NCBI GenBank assembly: GCA_963706575.1
Contig: CAVPNL010000015.1
Coordinates: 128,001 to 192,000, forward strand
Source of the DNA: an uncultured delta proteobacterium
GTDB lineage: Bacteria > Desulfobacterota > Desulfobacteria > Desulfobacterales > JAHEIW01
Length of the DNA: 64,000 nucleotides
Direction of reading: 5' to 3'
Below the pieces are notes generated by a model. That model did not search any database. It was not told where the DNA came from and saw only the letters and a list, made by a program, of their open reading frames with translations. Position numbers and translations under genes: made by a program. How positions within the stretch are numbered: position 1 is the stretch's first letter; each line of letters opens with the position of its first letter. Below are positions 19,702-30,174 of the stretch, piece by piece.

Positions 19702-20995
19702 CGGGGCCCTCCTTTGTAAATGGCTCTAGTTTAATGTCTTTCTCCATATTTTTATCCATAACCGCAGTTTCCTGACGGTTCCAATCCCCGGGCATTTCCT
19801 TGTAGGAAATCAGATCCGGAACCGGGCAGACAAATTTGCACAGCATACAGCTCAAGCATTTATCTTCGATCAATTTCGGCCGCCGATTTGCCGCATCCCA
19901 TTCAATGGCCTGGCCGGCAGCATCCTGACAGACGATATAGCACTGGCCGCAGCCGATGCACTGATCCAGATCATACTGGGTAATTCCCTGACGCTCCAAA
20001 TCAAAGGCCTCGGTTTCGTGGAGATTCGGCAAGGCTTTGCCCACCAGATCCGAGATCTGTTTTACACCCCTTTCGGTCATAAAATCCGAAAGACCTTCGA
20101 TCATGTCTTCAACGATGCGATAACCGTAGTGCATAATGCCGGTGGTCACCTGAATCGTTGAGGCCCCCAGCAGGATGTATTCAAAGGCATCGACCCAGGT
20201 CTCGATGCCGCCGATGCCCGAAAGCGGCAGATTCAGCTCATTATTCTGGGCCATGGAGGCGATGAAATTCAATCCGATGGGTCGCACGGCCGGACCGGAG
20301 GTCCCGGAGATGGCACCTTTGCCAAAAACGTTGGGCGTGGGAACAAAATCATCCAGACCGACTGAGGAAATGCCCCGCACCGTATTGATGGCGGAGATGG
20401 CGTCCGCGCCACCATTTTTGGCATACATGGCCGGTTCATTCATATCCGTAATATTGGGCGTCATCTTCGCCATTACCGGAATAGATACCACATCTTTAAC
20501 GGCTGCGGTAAAGCCTTCGAGCAGCTTAAAGGCCTGGCCGACCTTATGACCGGCTCCCTCGATGCACATGTGGGGGCAGGAAAAATTAAGCTCCAGTATA
20601 TCGGCTCCGTTGTCTTCGGCGGCCTTGGCCAGATAAGCCCATTCATCCGTGAAAAAACCCATGATACTGGCGATGATGGGATGATCGGGGTAATTCTTCT
20701 TTAAATACAGGAACTCGGCGAGGTTATCCTTCAAAGAACGATCGGATATCATTTCAACATTTTGCACCGCCATTGCCTTTTTGCTGCCGTAGTGCACGCA
20801 GTGCATGCGGGGCGAGGGATGGACGATCGGCAGCCGATCCGAATTCAAGGTCTTAAATACCACCCCGCTCCAGCCGGCATCAAATGATCGCGCCACCATC
20901 TCGGCACTGTTGGAAACCGGTGATGATGAGAGCAGAAACGGGTTTTTAAATTTTACTCCGCAAAAGTCTATGGATAAATCGACATTGTTAACCAC
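19685..20995 (-). CDS. preA: Dihydropyrimidine dehydrogenase subunit PreA
   Basis: FCGVKFKNPFLLSS, NVEMIS, ELNFSCPH, KMTPNIT, AINT and SGIGGI motifs; C-terminal CIGCGQC and CLSCMLC ferredoxin motifs. Confidence 0.95.
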   Translation of the reverse strand: MVNNVDLSIDFCGVKFKNPFLLSSSPVSNSAEMVARSFDAGWSGVVFKTLNSDRLPIVHPSPRMHCVHYGSKKAMAVQNVEMISDRSLKDNLAEFLYLKKNYPDHPIIASIMGFFTDEWAYLAKAAEDNGADILELNFSCPHMCIEGAGHKVGQAFKLLEGFTAAVKDVVSIPVMAKMTPNITDMNEPAMYAKNGGADAISAINTVRGISSVGLDDFVPTPNVFGKGAISGTSGPAVRPIGLNFIASMAQNNELNLPLSGIGGIETWVDAFEYILLGASTIQVTTGIMHYGYRIVEDMIEGLSDFMTERGVKQISDLVGKALPNLHETEAFDLERQGITQYDLDQCIGCGQCYIVCQDAAGQAIEWDAANRRPKLIEDKCLSCMLCKFVCPVPDLISYKEMPGDWNRQETAVMDKNMEKDIKLEPFTKEGPDECVI

Positions 20996-21012
20996 GATTA
21001 TTCCTCCTTCTT

Positions 21013-21159
21013 CAAAGGCTCAGAGGTTCCGGGTTCAAGGACCTGTTCGATTGGTTTTATTGGTCTTATTGGTTAGATTGGTTGGCTTAAACCGAACCAA
21101 TTGAACGAATTAAACCAATTAAACAAATGTAACGGTTGAAAGCTGCCTGAACCCTGAAC
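21013..21159. repeat. Nested inverted tandem-repeat element (outer GGTTCA/TGAACC units, inner ATTGGTT/AACCAAT units)
   Basis: Fills the preT-preA gap; near-identical to 46354-46480. Confidence 0.85.
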
Positions 21160-22512
21160 CTACTTTTTTAGATATTCTTTAATAGCCCGGGCGGCTACTT
21201 TACCGTCCTGAACCGCCTGAACCACCAGAGCCGGCCCGCGAACGATATCACCACCGGCAAAAATGCCGTCAACCGAGGTTTTCCCGGTCTCCGGATCGGC
21301 TTTGATGAGCTTTTTACCATCAACAGCAACATTGGGATACCAGTCGGGAGATTTTTCTGGAGCAATGTTTCCAATAGCTTCAATCACGATATCGGCATCC
21401 ATGATCCATTCCGAACCTGGTATTTCTAGTGGCCTTCTTCTGCCGGATGCATCCGGTTCTCCCAATCGGGTTCGGACCAGTTTCAGTCCCTTGAGCCGAT
21501 TCTTTTTATCGGTCACATAATCCACCGGCTGATTCAGCAGCAGAAAATGAACCCCGGCTTCCTGGGCTTCAATACGCTCATCGGGCTCTGCCGGCATCTG
21601 GGAATAAGACCGCCGGTAAACCAGATAGACATCTTTGGCTCCCAGTCTGACGGCAGATTCGATGCAATCCATGGCCACCGATCCGCCGCCGATGACCGCA
21701 ACGGTTTTGTCCTTGAATTTCTTTTCCATTTGCTTGAAGCGTTCGTCGCTTAGCGCTTCCAAATAGTCTACCGACGAATACAGGCCCTCGATATTTTCCC
21801 CTTCCGGTTTGAGCGTAGCTGCATCCCACAGCCCCGGCGCCAGAAATATTGCATCAAAGCCATCTTTCAGGAGCTTTTCCGCTGCGTTCTTTCCTTCAAT
21901 CGGTGTATTGCACTGGAATTTAACGCCCAGCGCTTTAATGTCTTCCATTTCATGTTCAAGAAAATCCAGATCGAATCGGTAAAACACCACCCCGTAACGC
22001 AAAACACCGCCGGGTTCCGGTCGCGCCTCAAAAACCGTCACCTGATAGCCGTCTTTAGCCAGTTCGGCCGCACAGCTCAATCCACCCGGGCCGGAACCTA
22101 CTACCGCGACTTTTTCGGATCGCAGTTCAGGTTTTTCAAATATTTTGAAGCCTCTTTCCCAGGAATGTTCCACTAAGAAGCGCTGGATTTTACCGATCTG
22201 AATGGGCCGGTCAGCACCTTCGGGTCGATTCAGAGACTTAAACATGGCGCTGCATTTTTCTTCGCAAAGCCGCGACGTCGGGCAAAGAACCCCGCAGGCA
22301 CCTCCCATGATATTGTTTGCTTTAATGGTGCGGATGGCACCGGTGACATTTTTAAACCGCAGCTTGCGGATAAATTCACCCGGTTTCGTATCGGCCGGAC
22401 ACCCCTCTGAGCAGGGAGCGTCATGGCAAAGCAGGCAGCGGTCCGCTTCGGCAATGGCCTGGGCCAGATCAAGCCCTTTGCTCATTTTCTTAAATTTATC
22501 TAAATTACTCAC
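21160..22512 (-). CDS. preT: Dihydropyrimidine dehydrogenase subunit PreT (GltD-like)
   Basis: EADRCLLCHDAPCSEGCP, CGVLCP..LCEEKC, VAVVGSGPGG, VIGGGSVAMD and FAGGDIVRG motifs; directly upstream of preA. Confidence 0.93.
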   Translation of the reverse strand: MSNLDKFKKMSKGLDLAQAIAEADRCLLCHDAPCSEGCPADTKPGEFIRKLRFKNVTGAIRTIKANNIMGGACGVLCPTSRLCEEKCSAMFKSLNRPEGADRPIQIGKIQRFLVEHSWERGFKIFEKPELRSEKVAVVGSGPGGLSCAAELAKDGYQVTVFEARPEPGGVLRYGVVFYRFDLDFLEHEMEDIKALGVKFQCNTPIEGKNAAEKLLKDGFDAIFLAPGLWDAATLKPEGENIEGLYSSVDYLEALSDERFKQMEKKFKDKTVAVIGGGSVAMDCIESAVRLGAKDVYLVYRRSYSQMPAEPDERIEAQEAGVHFLLLNQPVDYVTDKKNRLKGLKLVRTRLGEPDASGRRRPLEIPGSEWIMDADIVIEAIGNIAPEKSPDWYPNVAVDGKKLIKADPETGKTSVDGIFAGGDIVRGPALVVQAVQDGKVAARAIKEYLKK

Positions 22513-22741
22513 AATTCTTCCTCCTTGCGGATAATATTAGGTTCAGCAGGTTAGCAGAAAGACATTTTGCCGGTTGAGGTAATCGGGTCTTGGGATCATG
22601 GGAATTTTTCATTTGGCGAATGTAACGAGACGATTTGTTTACCAAAACTGGAAGTTTAAGCTTTTCATAAATAATTGTCAATTGCTAATCTCTTTAAAGT
22701 CTGAAGAAGGATTCCTTTAATATTTTTAATTTTAAAAAAGC

Positions 22742-22770
22742 TTGACGGCAAATGATGATACCCATATAAG
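22742..22770 (+). promoter_or_regulatory. Putative sigma70 promoter for the nitrilase-permease unit
   Basis: TTGACG-17 nt-TATAAG. Confidence 0.5.
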
Positions 22771-22910
22771 AAAGCTAATTTATCAACCGTGAAGACCGCG
22801 ACTTTGATTCTTTAAGTCGGAACAACTGCATTTGCCTGCCAGTCAATAAAAAGCATCATTTTAAAATATAAATATCCATCTAACAATCATAACCACCTAA
22901 GGGGGAAAAG

Positions 22911-23783
22911 GTGTCCAGAATTGTAAAATGTGCCCACATCCAGGCATCCAACGCCAAACATGACGGAACACCGACTGAAATCAAGGAAGCCATGATCCGG
23001 AAACATATCCCGTTAATCGAGGAAGCCGGTAAAAAAGGCGTAAACATCCTCTGTTTGCAGGAGATTTTCTACGGCCCCTATTTTTGTGCCGAACAGGATA
23101 TCAAATGGTATCAAACCGCCGAGCCGGTTCCCGGGCCGACCACCGAACGTCTGGCCGAATATGCTAAAAAATACCAGATGGTCATGATTATCCCGGTCTA
23201 TGAAATGGAGATGGAAGGAGTTTATTTTAATACGGCCGCCGTCGTTGATGCCGACGGCTCCTACCTGGGAAAGTTTCGAAAAATTCACATCCCCCACACC
23301 TGGCCGGGATTCTGGGAAAAGTTTTATTTCAAACCGGGCAATCTGGGGTTTCCCGCCTTTGAAACCGCCTACGCCAAGATCGGCATCTATATTTGCTACG
23401 ACCGCCATTTCCCGGAGTGTGCCCGGCTGCTGGCACTCAATGGGGCCGAGATACTGTTTAACCCATCGGCAACCACATCGGGTAAATCTCAGTATTTGTG
23501 GGAACTGGAACAACCGGCTCAGGCAGTGGCCAACGGCGTATTTATCGGCGCCAATAACCGAATCGGTCTTGAAAAACCGTGGGAATTTGGCAAATTTTAC
23601 GGTTCCAGCTATTTCGTAGACCCCCGCGGCGAAATGCTGGTGAAAGGCAGCGAAGATAAAGACGAAGTCGTTATCGCCGACCTCGATCTCGAACTCATCC
23701 GCGAAGTCAGGGACGGCTGGCAGTTTTTCCGGGACCTGCGGCCGGATCAGTATACGGATCTGACGCGAACCGTCGGCTCATAA
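22911..23783 (+). CDS. Nitrilase-family beta-ureidopropionase-like hydrolase
   Basis: LQEIFYGPYFC, KFRKIHIP, FWEKFYFKPGN and ICYDRHFPE (Glu-Lys-Cys triad); WQFFRDLRP. Confidence 0.92.
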   Translation: MSRIVKCAHIQASNAKHDGTPTEIKEAMIRKHIPLIEEAGKKGVNILCLQEIFYGPYFCAEQDIKWYQTAEPVPGPTTERLAEYAKKYQMVMIIPVYEMEMEGVYFNTAAVVDADGSYLGKFRKIHIPHTWPGFWEKFYFKPGNLGFPAFETAYAKIGIYICYDRHFPECARLLALNGAEILFNPSATTSGKSQYLWELEQPAQAVANGVFIGANNRIGLEKPWEFGKFYGSSYFVDPRGEMLVKGSEDKDEVVIADLDLELIREVRDGWQFFRDLRPDQYTDLTRTVGS

Positions 23784-23927
23784 AATAGCAAGGCAAGACT
23801 CATTATTAGGCTAATCGAATTTGAAGATGCTGCGTTTAACGCTTCAAATTCGTCAGAAGGAGGGAGGTATTCGTAATTTTTAATAATCCCCGCAAAGGGG
23901 GCAAACGGATAAGGAGGTCAACAGATA

Positions 23928-25475
23928 ATGAGCGAAGAAAACGCACAGGAAAAGCAACACTGGATTGTTTATCCGCTTGGCAGTAAACCCAAGTGGCCGC
24001 TGGCGGTATTGCTGGGCATTCAGCAATACCTGACCATGTTTGGTGCCACGGTCCTCATCCCCTTCATTGTCGGCGGGGCCATGAAACTGCCCCCGGAAGA
24101 GCTGGCATTGATGATTTCAACCATCTTTTTTACGTCCGGTCTGTGCACCCTGATCCAGCAATCAGCTCTGGGCAATAAATTACCGGTTATTCAGGGTGGT
24201 ACCTTTTCGTTTCTGGGGCCCACATTTGCCATCATCGGCATGGTGGCCGCCAAGAAACTGACCGGGGCGGAACCCATGTGGCAAATTCAGATCCAGCATG
24301 TGGCCGGTGCAATTATGATCGCCTCGGTGTTTGAAATTGTCCTGGGATATACCGGCGTCATGGGCTATGTGCGCAAAATTATCAGCCCCATTGTAATCGG
24401 CCCCGTAATCGCCATGATCGGTCTGGCACTCTACGGCATTGGTGCGCCCTGGATGGCCAGCAATTGGATCATATCACTGATAACGCTGGTTGCCCTGATT
24501 CTTTACTCCCAGGTATTTTCGCAAAAATCGAAAGTTTTTATGCTCTTTCCGGTTTTGCTTGCCATCGCAACCGGCTGGCTTGTATCGCTGATCGGCACGG
24601 TAACCGGAATGATTTCTCCTGACAGTCCGGCCTATCTGAAAACCGATCTGATTGCAGCCACCCCCTGGTTCAGCCTGAAACCGCTGGTGCCGTTTAAATG
24701 GGGTTTTCCGGATCTCGGCAGTGCAACCCTGTGGGCCGGTGCATTCGGCATGCTGGCCGGTTATCTGGCCTCCATGATCGAGTCCATCGGAGATTACTAT
24801 GCCTGTGCCCGCATATCCGAGGCGCCGGTGCCGACCGGTCGCATGATCTCCCGCGGCCTGGGGGCTGAAGGCCTGGGTTGTCTGGTGGCCGGTATCCTGC
24901 AAACCTGCAACGGGACCACCACCTATTCCGAAAATATCGGTTCTATCGGGTTGACGCGCGTCGCCAGCCGACGGGTGGTGCGCTGCGGTGCAGCGGTTAT
25001 GCTGATTATTCCCATTGTGGCCAAGTTCGGTGCTGTTCTGGCTACTTTGCCCAAACCGGTGACGGGCGCCATGTTCGTGGGACTGTTCGGAATGATTGCC
25101 TCCGTTGGTTTATCCAACCTGCAGATTGTCAACCTGAACAACTCCCGCAACCTGTTTATTATTGGACTTTCTTTCTTTGCGGGACTTTCTGTGCCCTATC
25201 ATTTCAGCCCGATGCTTTCGGCAAACGCGGTGCCGATTGACTGGAGCGCAGCCGGTGGCTTTATTAAGGTGCTCGGCGATATCCTGCAGGCCATCTTAAC
25301 GACCGGAATGGCGGTGACCGCCATCCTTGGAATAATCCTGGACAACCTCCTGCCCGGTGCCACCCGGGCGGAACGCGGCCTGGAAGTCTGGGAAAAGGAA
25401 GCTTCCGAAGAAGCATGGGCGGAAGCTGAAGCCCAATGGGCCGCGATGAAGGAAGGTGAAGCGCGACCGGTTTAA
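23928..25475 (+). CDS. NCS2/NAT nucleobase (uracil/xanthine) permease
   Basis: GIQQYLTMFG, IESIGDYYA, TTYSENIGSIGLTRVASRRV (NAT signature) and SRNLFIIG; multiple transmembrane helices. Confidence 0.95.
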   Translation: MSEENAQEKQHWIVYPLGSKPKWPLAVLLGIQQYLTMFGATVLIPFIVGGAMKLPPEELALMISTIFFTSGLCTLIQQSALGNKLPVIQGGTFSFLGPTFAIIGMVAAKKLTGAEPMWQIQIQHVAGAIMIASVFEIVLGYTGVMGYVRKIISPIVIGPVIAMIGLALYGIGAPWMASNWIISLITLVALILYSQVFSQKSKVFMLFPVLLAIATGWLVSLIGTVTGMISPDSPAYLKTDLIAATPWFSLKPLVPFKWGFPDLGSATLWAGAFGMLAGYLASMIESIGDYYACARISEAPVPTGRMISRGLGAEGLGCLVAGILQTCNGTTTYSENIGSIGLTRVASRRVVRCGAAVMLIIPIVAKFGAVLATLPKPVTGAMFVGLFGMIASVGLSNLQIVNLNNSRNLFIIGLSFFAGLSVPYHFSPMLSANAVPIDWSAAGGFIKVLGDILQAILTTGMAVTAILGIILDNLLPGATRAERGLEVWEKEASEEAWAEAEAQWAAMKEGEARPV

Positions 25476-25504
25476 TACAGGTTGCTTGTTCATCTTATAA
25501 TTTT

Positions 25505-25542
25505 AAATGGGGGAAAGCGCATCGCGGCTTTTCCCCATTTTT
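25505..25542 (+). terminator. Intrinsic terminator
   Basis: AAATGGGGGAAAGC...GCTTTTCCCCATTTTT. Confidence 0.7.
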
Positions 25543-25567
25543 ACATTTTTCAAAGGACAGCCAAACG

Positions 25568-25948
25568 TTGCCGAAACCGCTGCTTTACATCATTTATGTT
25601 CTGATGATCATCATCGGGCTGGTGGCCATGTATTCGTTGCTGAATGCGGGCAACCCGGACAGCCTGCTGCGGCCGATTTTCCCGGACCCCAAATATGATC
25701 TGTATGTGGCCATGATCTCCTCGGTCGTGGTTTTTATTCTGGGGTTTTTTGTTTTCTTTTCGCGGGATCAGGAAAGCTTTCGGCAGCTGGTGGAACTGAA
25801 TGCTGAAAAAATAAGGGGGCTGCGCGAGGCCGGTAAAAAGGATGAAGAGATTGCCGATTCCATCCTCGCGGCCATGGGCAGCTATAGTGGATACAAGCAT
25901 AACATGGCCAGAAAGAAGTTGTTGATATATTTATCCGAGTTCAGATAA
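25568..25948 (+). CDS. Hypothetical membrane protein (2 transmembrane helices)
   Basis: 126 aa, two hydrophobic segments, AAGGA RBS before TTG. Confidence 0.7.
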   Translation: MPKPLLYIIYVLMIIIGLVAMYSLLNAGNPDSLLRPIFPDPKYDLYVAMISSVVVFILGFFVFFSRDQESFRQLVELNAEKIRGLREAGKKDEEIADSILAAMGSYSGYKHNMARKKLLIYLSEFR

Positions 25949-25954
25949 CAAAAG

Positions 25955-26092
25955 AAAGTGCCTAAAGTTTAAATTGCCTAAAATGCCTAGAATTCGGAAA
26001 GGGTCAAACCTAATTTAAGCATGAAGAGCACGCAAGATTCAGATCTCCTTCTGTTGATCCAATTTTAGGCATTTTAGATCATTTTAAATTTT
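25955..26092. repeat. AAAGTGCCT inverted tandem-repeat element
   Basis: AAAGTGCCTAAAGTTTAAATTGCCTAAAATGCCTAG ... TTTTAGGCATTTTAGATCATTTTA, directly after a stop codon. Confidence 0.75.
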
Positions 26093-26165
26093 TACCTCAA
26101 AGGCTACCAACAAACATTCCCGTAATCTGCATCTAAAAACGGACGCAAGGAGGGATTCCGCCATA

Positions 26166-26615
26166 ATGGATTTTTTAGGTGAACAGCAGTGGATTCTTAT
26201 TGCGGTCGTCTTTTTCGGGATCATCGGCTATATTGCCTGGATGCGCTGGCGCGACCGTAAGTGGATCGACGAGCGTTTCGGCAGCCGGCCGATTCTGGCC
26301 ATGAGCTTCGGGGTGAACTTTTTCGGAAAGGCCTCGGAGCCGGGCAAACCCAGCCGCAGCAGCGGCTTCTTGCTGTTGCTCTCCGATGCGCTGTTTTACC
26401 GTAGCCGGGTTAAGAAAATTGAACTGGAGATTCCGGGGACCAGCATCGCACGGGTTTATCACGACCGATCCCACAAAGGTGTGGACCTGCATCAATCGCT
26501 GGTTAAAATCGATTTTTTAAACGACCACAACCAGAAAGACACCGCGGCATTTAAAGTCCCCTACCCGCCCCAATGGATGCAGGCAATTGAAAACGCATTC
26601 CTCAAAAAGAAGTAA
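26166..26615 (+). CDS. Hypothetical protein with N-terminal membrane anchor
   Basis: 149 aa, one transmembrane helix, AAGGAGG upstream. Confidence 0.75.
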   Translation: MDFLGEQQWILIAVVFFGIIGYIAWMRWRDRKWIDERFGSRPILAMSFGVNFFGKASEPGKPSRSSGFLLLLSDALFYRSRVKKIELEIPGTSIARVYHDRSHKGVDLHQSLVKIDFLNDHNQKDTAAFKVPYPPQWMQAIENAFLKKK

Positions 26616-26758
26616 AGATTTAAAGGTCAGGGTTGAAATTAGCCTCAAATTTTTGCGCCCGACCAGGTCCTTAATCCCGCCAAAAGATCAGTTCCGGTTG
26701 ACATCTTATTTTTCATTTTTAGGTTTAGTTAAATGATCATTTAAAAAAGGAGAATATC

Positions 26759-27076
26759 ATGGATGTCAAAGACTACTGTGAAACGATGAACAGCGAACTG
26801 GCCGCCTGGAAATCAAAGCTGAATGAAGTATCTAAAAAAACGGATGCTTTAAAGGGAGCGGACAGGGAAAACGCTGCGCCGATTGTAAAAGATCTGAAGG
26901 TCATAATGGGCGACATCGATGAGCGCATCGCAGTGCTGGCACGTGAATGTCCGTCTGAATGGAGCGATGATCAAAGCATTATCGATTCAAAAATATTCCT
27001 GGCAAAGGACAAATGGAAGGAAGTCTGGGGGGCACTGGGCGAGGATGATTCCGAATACGGCATCGGCGGCGCCTAA
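26759..27076 (+). CDS. Small helical hypothetical protein
   Basis: 105 aa, strong RBS AAGGAGA. Confidence 0.8.
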   Translation: MDVKDYCETMNSELAAWKSKLNEVSKKTDALKGADRENAAPIVKDLKVIMGDIDERIAVLARECPSEWSDDQSIIDSKIFLAKDKWKEVWGALGEDDSEYGIGGA

Positions 27077-27219
27077 AACTGATTTCAAAATCCCGTCTAA
27101 TGTCCGAATTCTGTGTTGAATGCCGCCTCAAAATACTCACATACTATTGTGTATGCTCCGTTATTGAGTATGCCTACGCATTGCCTTCGAATATAATCTG
27201 GGGCTTTGAAACCAGTTTT
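27074..27219 (+). mobile_element. Stop-codon-anchored palindromic element, copy 2
   Basis: TAAAACTGATTTCAAAATCC / GGGCTTTGAAACCAGTTTTA inverted repeat; core AAAATACTCACATAC..GTATGCTCCG. Confidence 0.8.
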
Positions 27220-27304
27220 ACAATACTAGAAAAATTGCTCATTTCCAAATAGGATTGCTTAAATCCGAACTTCGCTTTATCAATTTAATTCAGTCCGTAT
27301 TCAA

Positions 27305-28795
27305 CTATTTTGTTTTTTTCTTTTCTGCAGGCATAAGCAGGCAGAGCAGAATGCAGAAGCCGGCAGCCACTGTCACCGTCCAAAAAACACCGCCGACGCC
27401 TCCCATAACTGCGTCTTGAACCATATGGCGCAGCGCATCGGGCATTGTTGCCTGAGCCTCCGGGTGCAGCAGGCTCTCTACCTGGCCGGGTAAATGACGC
27501 ATCAGGTCGGAGTTGCGCACCGATTCAAACAGGTTGGAGAATCGGGCTGCAATAAAGCTGCCGCATATGCCCACCCCCACAGCTCCCCCCAGAGTTCTGG
27601 CGAACTGGTTCGAAGAGGTGGCCACCCCCAGGTCTTTTTCATCCAGACATGATTGGACCACCAGAAGCGTGGAAAGTGCCACCCATCCCATTCCGATGCC
27701 GATCACGAAAAAATTGAAAAAAACATAATAAGTTGAGGTCGCCGGTGTAAAGGTCAAGGTCACGGCGCACCCCGCCATAAGGCACAAAGCTCCCGCCACG
27801 GCGGTTCCTTTGCGCCCCACCCGGTCGATAAATTGTCCCAGGACCAGGGCACCCAGGGACCATCCCAGGCTAAGCGAGAGCATGCTAACGCCCACTACCA
27901 TAGGAGATCGGCCTTGAGCTCCCTGTATAAATAGGGGAGCAAAGGCAAACATGGAAAAAATGACAAAACTGCTGAGAAATACCGCGGCGTTAGCGGTGCT
28001 AAATCCGCGTATGCGAAAAAAAGCGATGGACAGGATCGGATCTTTTGCTCGATGTTCAATCGCAATAAATGCGATGATGCAGGCCAGCGAAAGGATCAGC
28101 AGGCCAATGATCAGCGAGGAACTCCAGGCATAATTCCTTCCTCCCAGCAAAAAGGCGAACAGTAAAGCCAGGACAGCAGTAGACAGGCTGGCTACGCCGG
28201 CGAAGTCCATGGAAACCTTATCTTTTTTGGCCCGCACATCCAGAAGATAAGCCCCGATGCCCCAGAAGGAAATCAAGCCCAGGGGAATGTTGATAAAAAA
28301 TATCCAGCGCCACGAAAAATAGGAAACGATAAACCCACCCAATGTGGGTCCAAGAACGCTGGCAATACCCCATACTGAGCTGGCAAACGAAAGGGTGCGT
28401 CCCCGGCTCTGGGGCGGCGATACGTCCGCCAGGACGACATAAACCAGCGCAAAAATCGCTCCGGCGCCGATACCCTGAAACGCACGGGCAATGATCAATG
28501 CGATCATGTTAAAAGCGAAACCGGCAGCCACAGAAGACAAGATAAATAATCCGATTGCTGCAAGGAAGAGGCTTCGGTTTTTGTATAGATCGGCCAGTTT
28601 GCCAAAAATAGGAAGAGACACGGCTCTGGCAAGAAAATAGGACGAATACACCCAGCTGTACAGGTGCAGCCCGCCCAGTTCAGCCACGACCGTGGGCATG
28701 GCCGCAGACACCACCAGGGCATCCATGGCACCCAGAAAAAGAGCCAAAAGTGCCGCAATAATAACGGCCCAGCGCTGCGTTGGAGAAATCGTCAA
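27305..28795 (-). CDS. MFS transporter, DHA2 (14 transmembrane) drug:H+ antiporter family
   Basis: MDALVVSAAMPT, PIFGKLADLY, ARAFQGIGAG, GPTLGGFI..SWRWIFFINIPLG motifs. Confidence 0.93.
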   Translation of the reverse strand: MTISPTQRWAVIIAALLALFLGAMDALVVSAAMPTVVAELGGLHLYSWVYSSYFLARAVSLPIFGKLADLYKNRSLFLAAIGLFILSSVAAGFAFNMIALIIARAFQGIGAGAIFALVYVVLADVSPPQSRGRTLSFASSVWGIASVLGPTLGGFIVSYFSWRWIFFINIPLGLISFWGIGAYLLDVRAKKDKVSMDFAGVASLSTAVLALLFAFLLGGRNYAWSSSLIIGLLILSLACIIAFIAIEHRAKDPILSIAFFRIRGFSTANAAVFLSSFVIFSMFAFAPLFIQGAQGRSPMVVGVSMLSLSLGWSLGALVLGQFIDRVGRKGTAVAGALCLMAGCAVTLTFTPATSTYYVFFNFFVIGIGMGWVALSTLLVVQSCLDEKDLGVATSSNQFARTLGGAVGVGICGSFIAARFSNLFESVRNSDLMRHLPGQVESLLHPEAQATMPDALRHMVQDAVMGGVGGVFWTVTVAAGFCILLCLLMPAEKKKTK

Positions 28796-29008
28796 AACCG
28801 GTTATCCTTACCACAAAAAATTGCTTATTTTCATAATGTTTCTCATTTAGCCGGCATCTTGCAAGGTCAGAGGCAATAATACAAGATACCCAACCGACCT
28901 TTAGGGCGTTAGATCATGTTCGAGGGCATTTTAAAAACTAAACTCGTTTCAAAACACTTAGGTTTTGGTTCAGGGCTCCCGCAAGGCGCAATAATAAATT
29001 GAAAACAT

Positions 29009-29156
29009 TAAACCGGCTTTTAAGGCCTTAGATTTTGTTCGAGGGTAAGGCGCGAGCCGATTCAAAAGCGGAGCGTACACGTGAGTACGTGAGCATTTTG
29101 AAGCGGCTTGCAACGCAGCCATTCGGGCAAAAGATGAGGCCTTAAAAGCCGGTTTA
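29009..29156 (-). mobile_element. Stop-codon-anchored palindromic element, copy 3
   Basis: Perfect 20 bp inverted repeat TAAACCGGCTTTTAAGGCCT / AGGCCTTAAAAGCCGGTTTA; core GCGGAGCGTACACGTGAGTACGTGAGCATTTT. Confidence 0.85.
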
Positions 29157-29639
29157 GGGGAGGGCCGTGCCCCAATCGTACCGCCGCTTAATATACTTAA
29201 GGATTAAGGATGTCTCGGTTCGAACGACGCCGTTTATTTTGTATATTTTATTAAAGATTACATCATTGAGCTCATCTAAAGACTTGGCCACAAACTCGGT
29301 GTAAATGTCCGAATCTCCCGTGGCATGAACGACAAACCAGATCGATTTGAGTTTCGACAATTCCTTTGTAACGCTCTCAATTTTGTTGATATCAACCTTA
29401 ATCCTGAGAATGCCGACAATCTTAAAACCCAGCTTTATCGGATTGCTGACCGCCACGATCTGAATGAATTCTTCTTCAATCAGGCGGTTTAACCGGCTGC
29501 GTACCGTCGCCTCCGACACCCCCAGCCTCTTGGCAATTTCGGTATTGGGTATGCGACCGTCCTTTTGCAACAGCTCGATCATCTGACAATCTATCTGATC
29601 CAGCATTTTCTTTTTATTGGATGAATTATTCCGCTTCAT
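29154..29639 (-). CDS. Lrp/AsnC-family transcriptional regulator
   Basis: LDQIDCQMIELLQKDGRIPNTEIAKRLGVSEATVRSRL; ATG 29639 after GGAGG; divergent from mmsA. Confidence 0.95.
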   Translation of the reverse strand: MKRNNSSNKKKMLDQIDCQMIELLQKDGRIPNTEIAKRLGVSEATVRSRLNRLIEEEFIQIVAVSNPIKLGFKIVGILRIKVDINKIESVTKELSKLKSIWFVVHATGDSDIYTEFVAKSLDELNDVIFNKIYKINGVVRTETSLILKYIKRRYDWGTALP

Positions 29640-29714
29640 GGTTCCTCCAATTATGGAATGACGAATAGCTAGTTTCCATCCGGTCCGCCACAAGCGGATT
29701 TCCGGGGAACTAAA

Positions 29715-29801
29715 GCATAGCGCATGGCGCATGGAACAAAGCAGCATAGCGTTTTGAATAAAACGATGCGATGTATTTTTTTTCGCTCTGCGCCCTGCGC
29801 T
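29715..29801. repeat. Inverted heptamer tandem-repeat element (GCAT(A/G)GC / GC(T/C)CTGC units)
   Basis: GCATAGCGCATGGCGCATGG...GCATAGCG ... CGCTCTGCGCCCTGCGC. Confidence 0.65.
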
Positions 29802-29966
29802 TACCCCTTTGCGATTAAGTATGTTTCGAGGGAGACTCTACCATTGCAAAATAAAAAAAACAACAATTATTTGTTTGATAACGTTATATGTGGAACACAA
29901 ATTGATTTAATTCGTTTTTTTTTAACATTTAATTTTTATTTTTCGCAGAAAGATAAAAATTAATTC

Positions 29967-29995
29967 TTGACAACAAAATAGGATTTGCCTAAAGT
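29967..29995 (+). promoter_or_regulatory. Putative sigma70 promoter of the mmsA operon
   Basis: TTGACA-17 nt-TAAAGT, preceded by an AT-rich tract. Confidence 0.55.
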
Positions 29996-30174
29996 TGCTT
30001 AAAATTGATATTGAATCAAAAACCGTTTACCCTTTCAGGGTTCAGGGTTAAGTTCGCAATCAAGATGACCCGGCTCGGCTGCCTTCGACATGAGCTCAGG
30101 CCGCAGGCTAAACGTTTAACTCTGAAAATATAAATGATCACTGAGTATAAGAAATCAGCAAAGGAGGATGCGAT

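Noticed and set aside
21013..21159. Possible CRISPR array in the short tandem repeats (also 35983, 40192, 45268, 46354)
   Set aside because: Units are 6-9 bp with no unique spacers, and there are no cas genes.
23781..23820. AAAATAGCAAG...AGGCTA resembles the start of a Cas9 tracrRNA
   Set aside because: Only a short match, with no anti-repeat partner, array or Cas9/IscB gene; probably chance.
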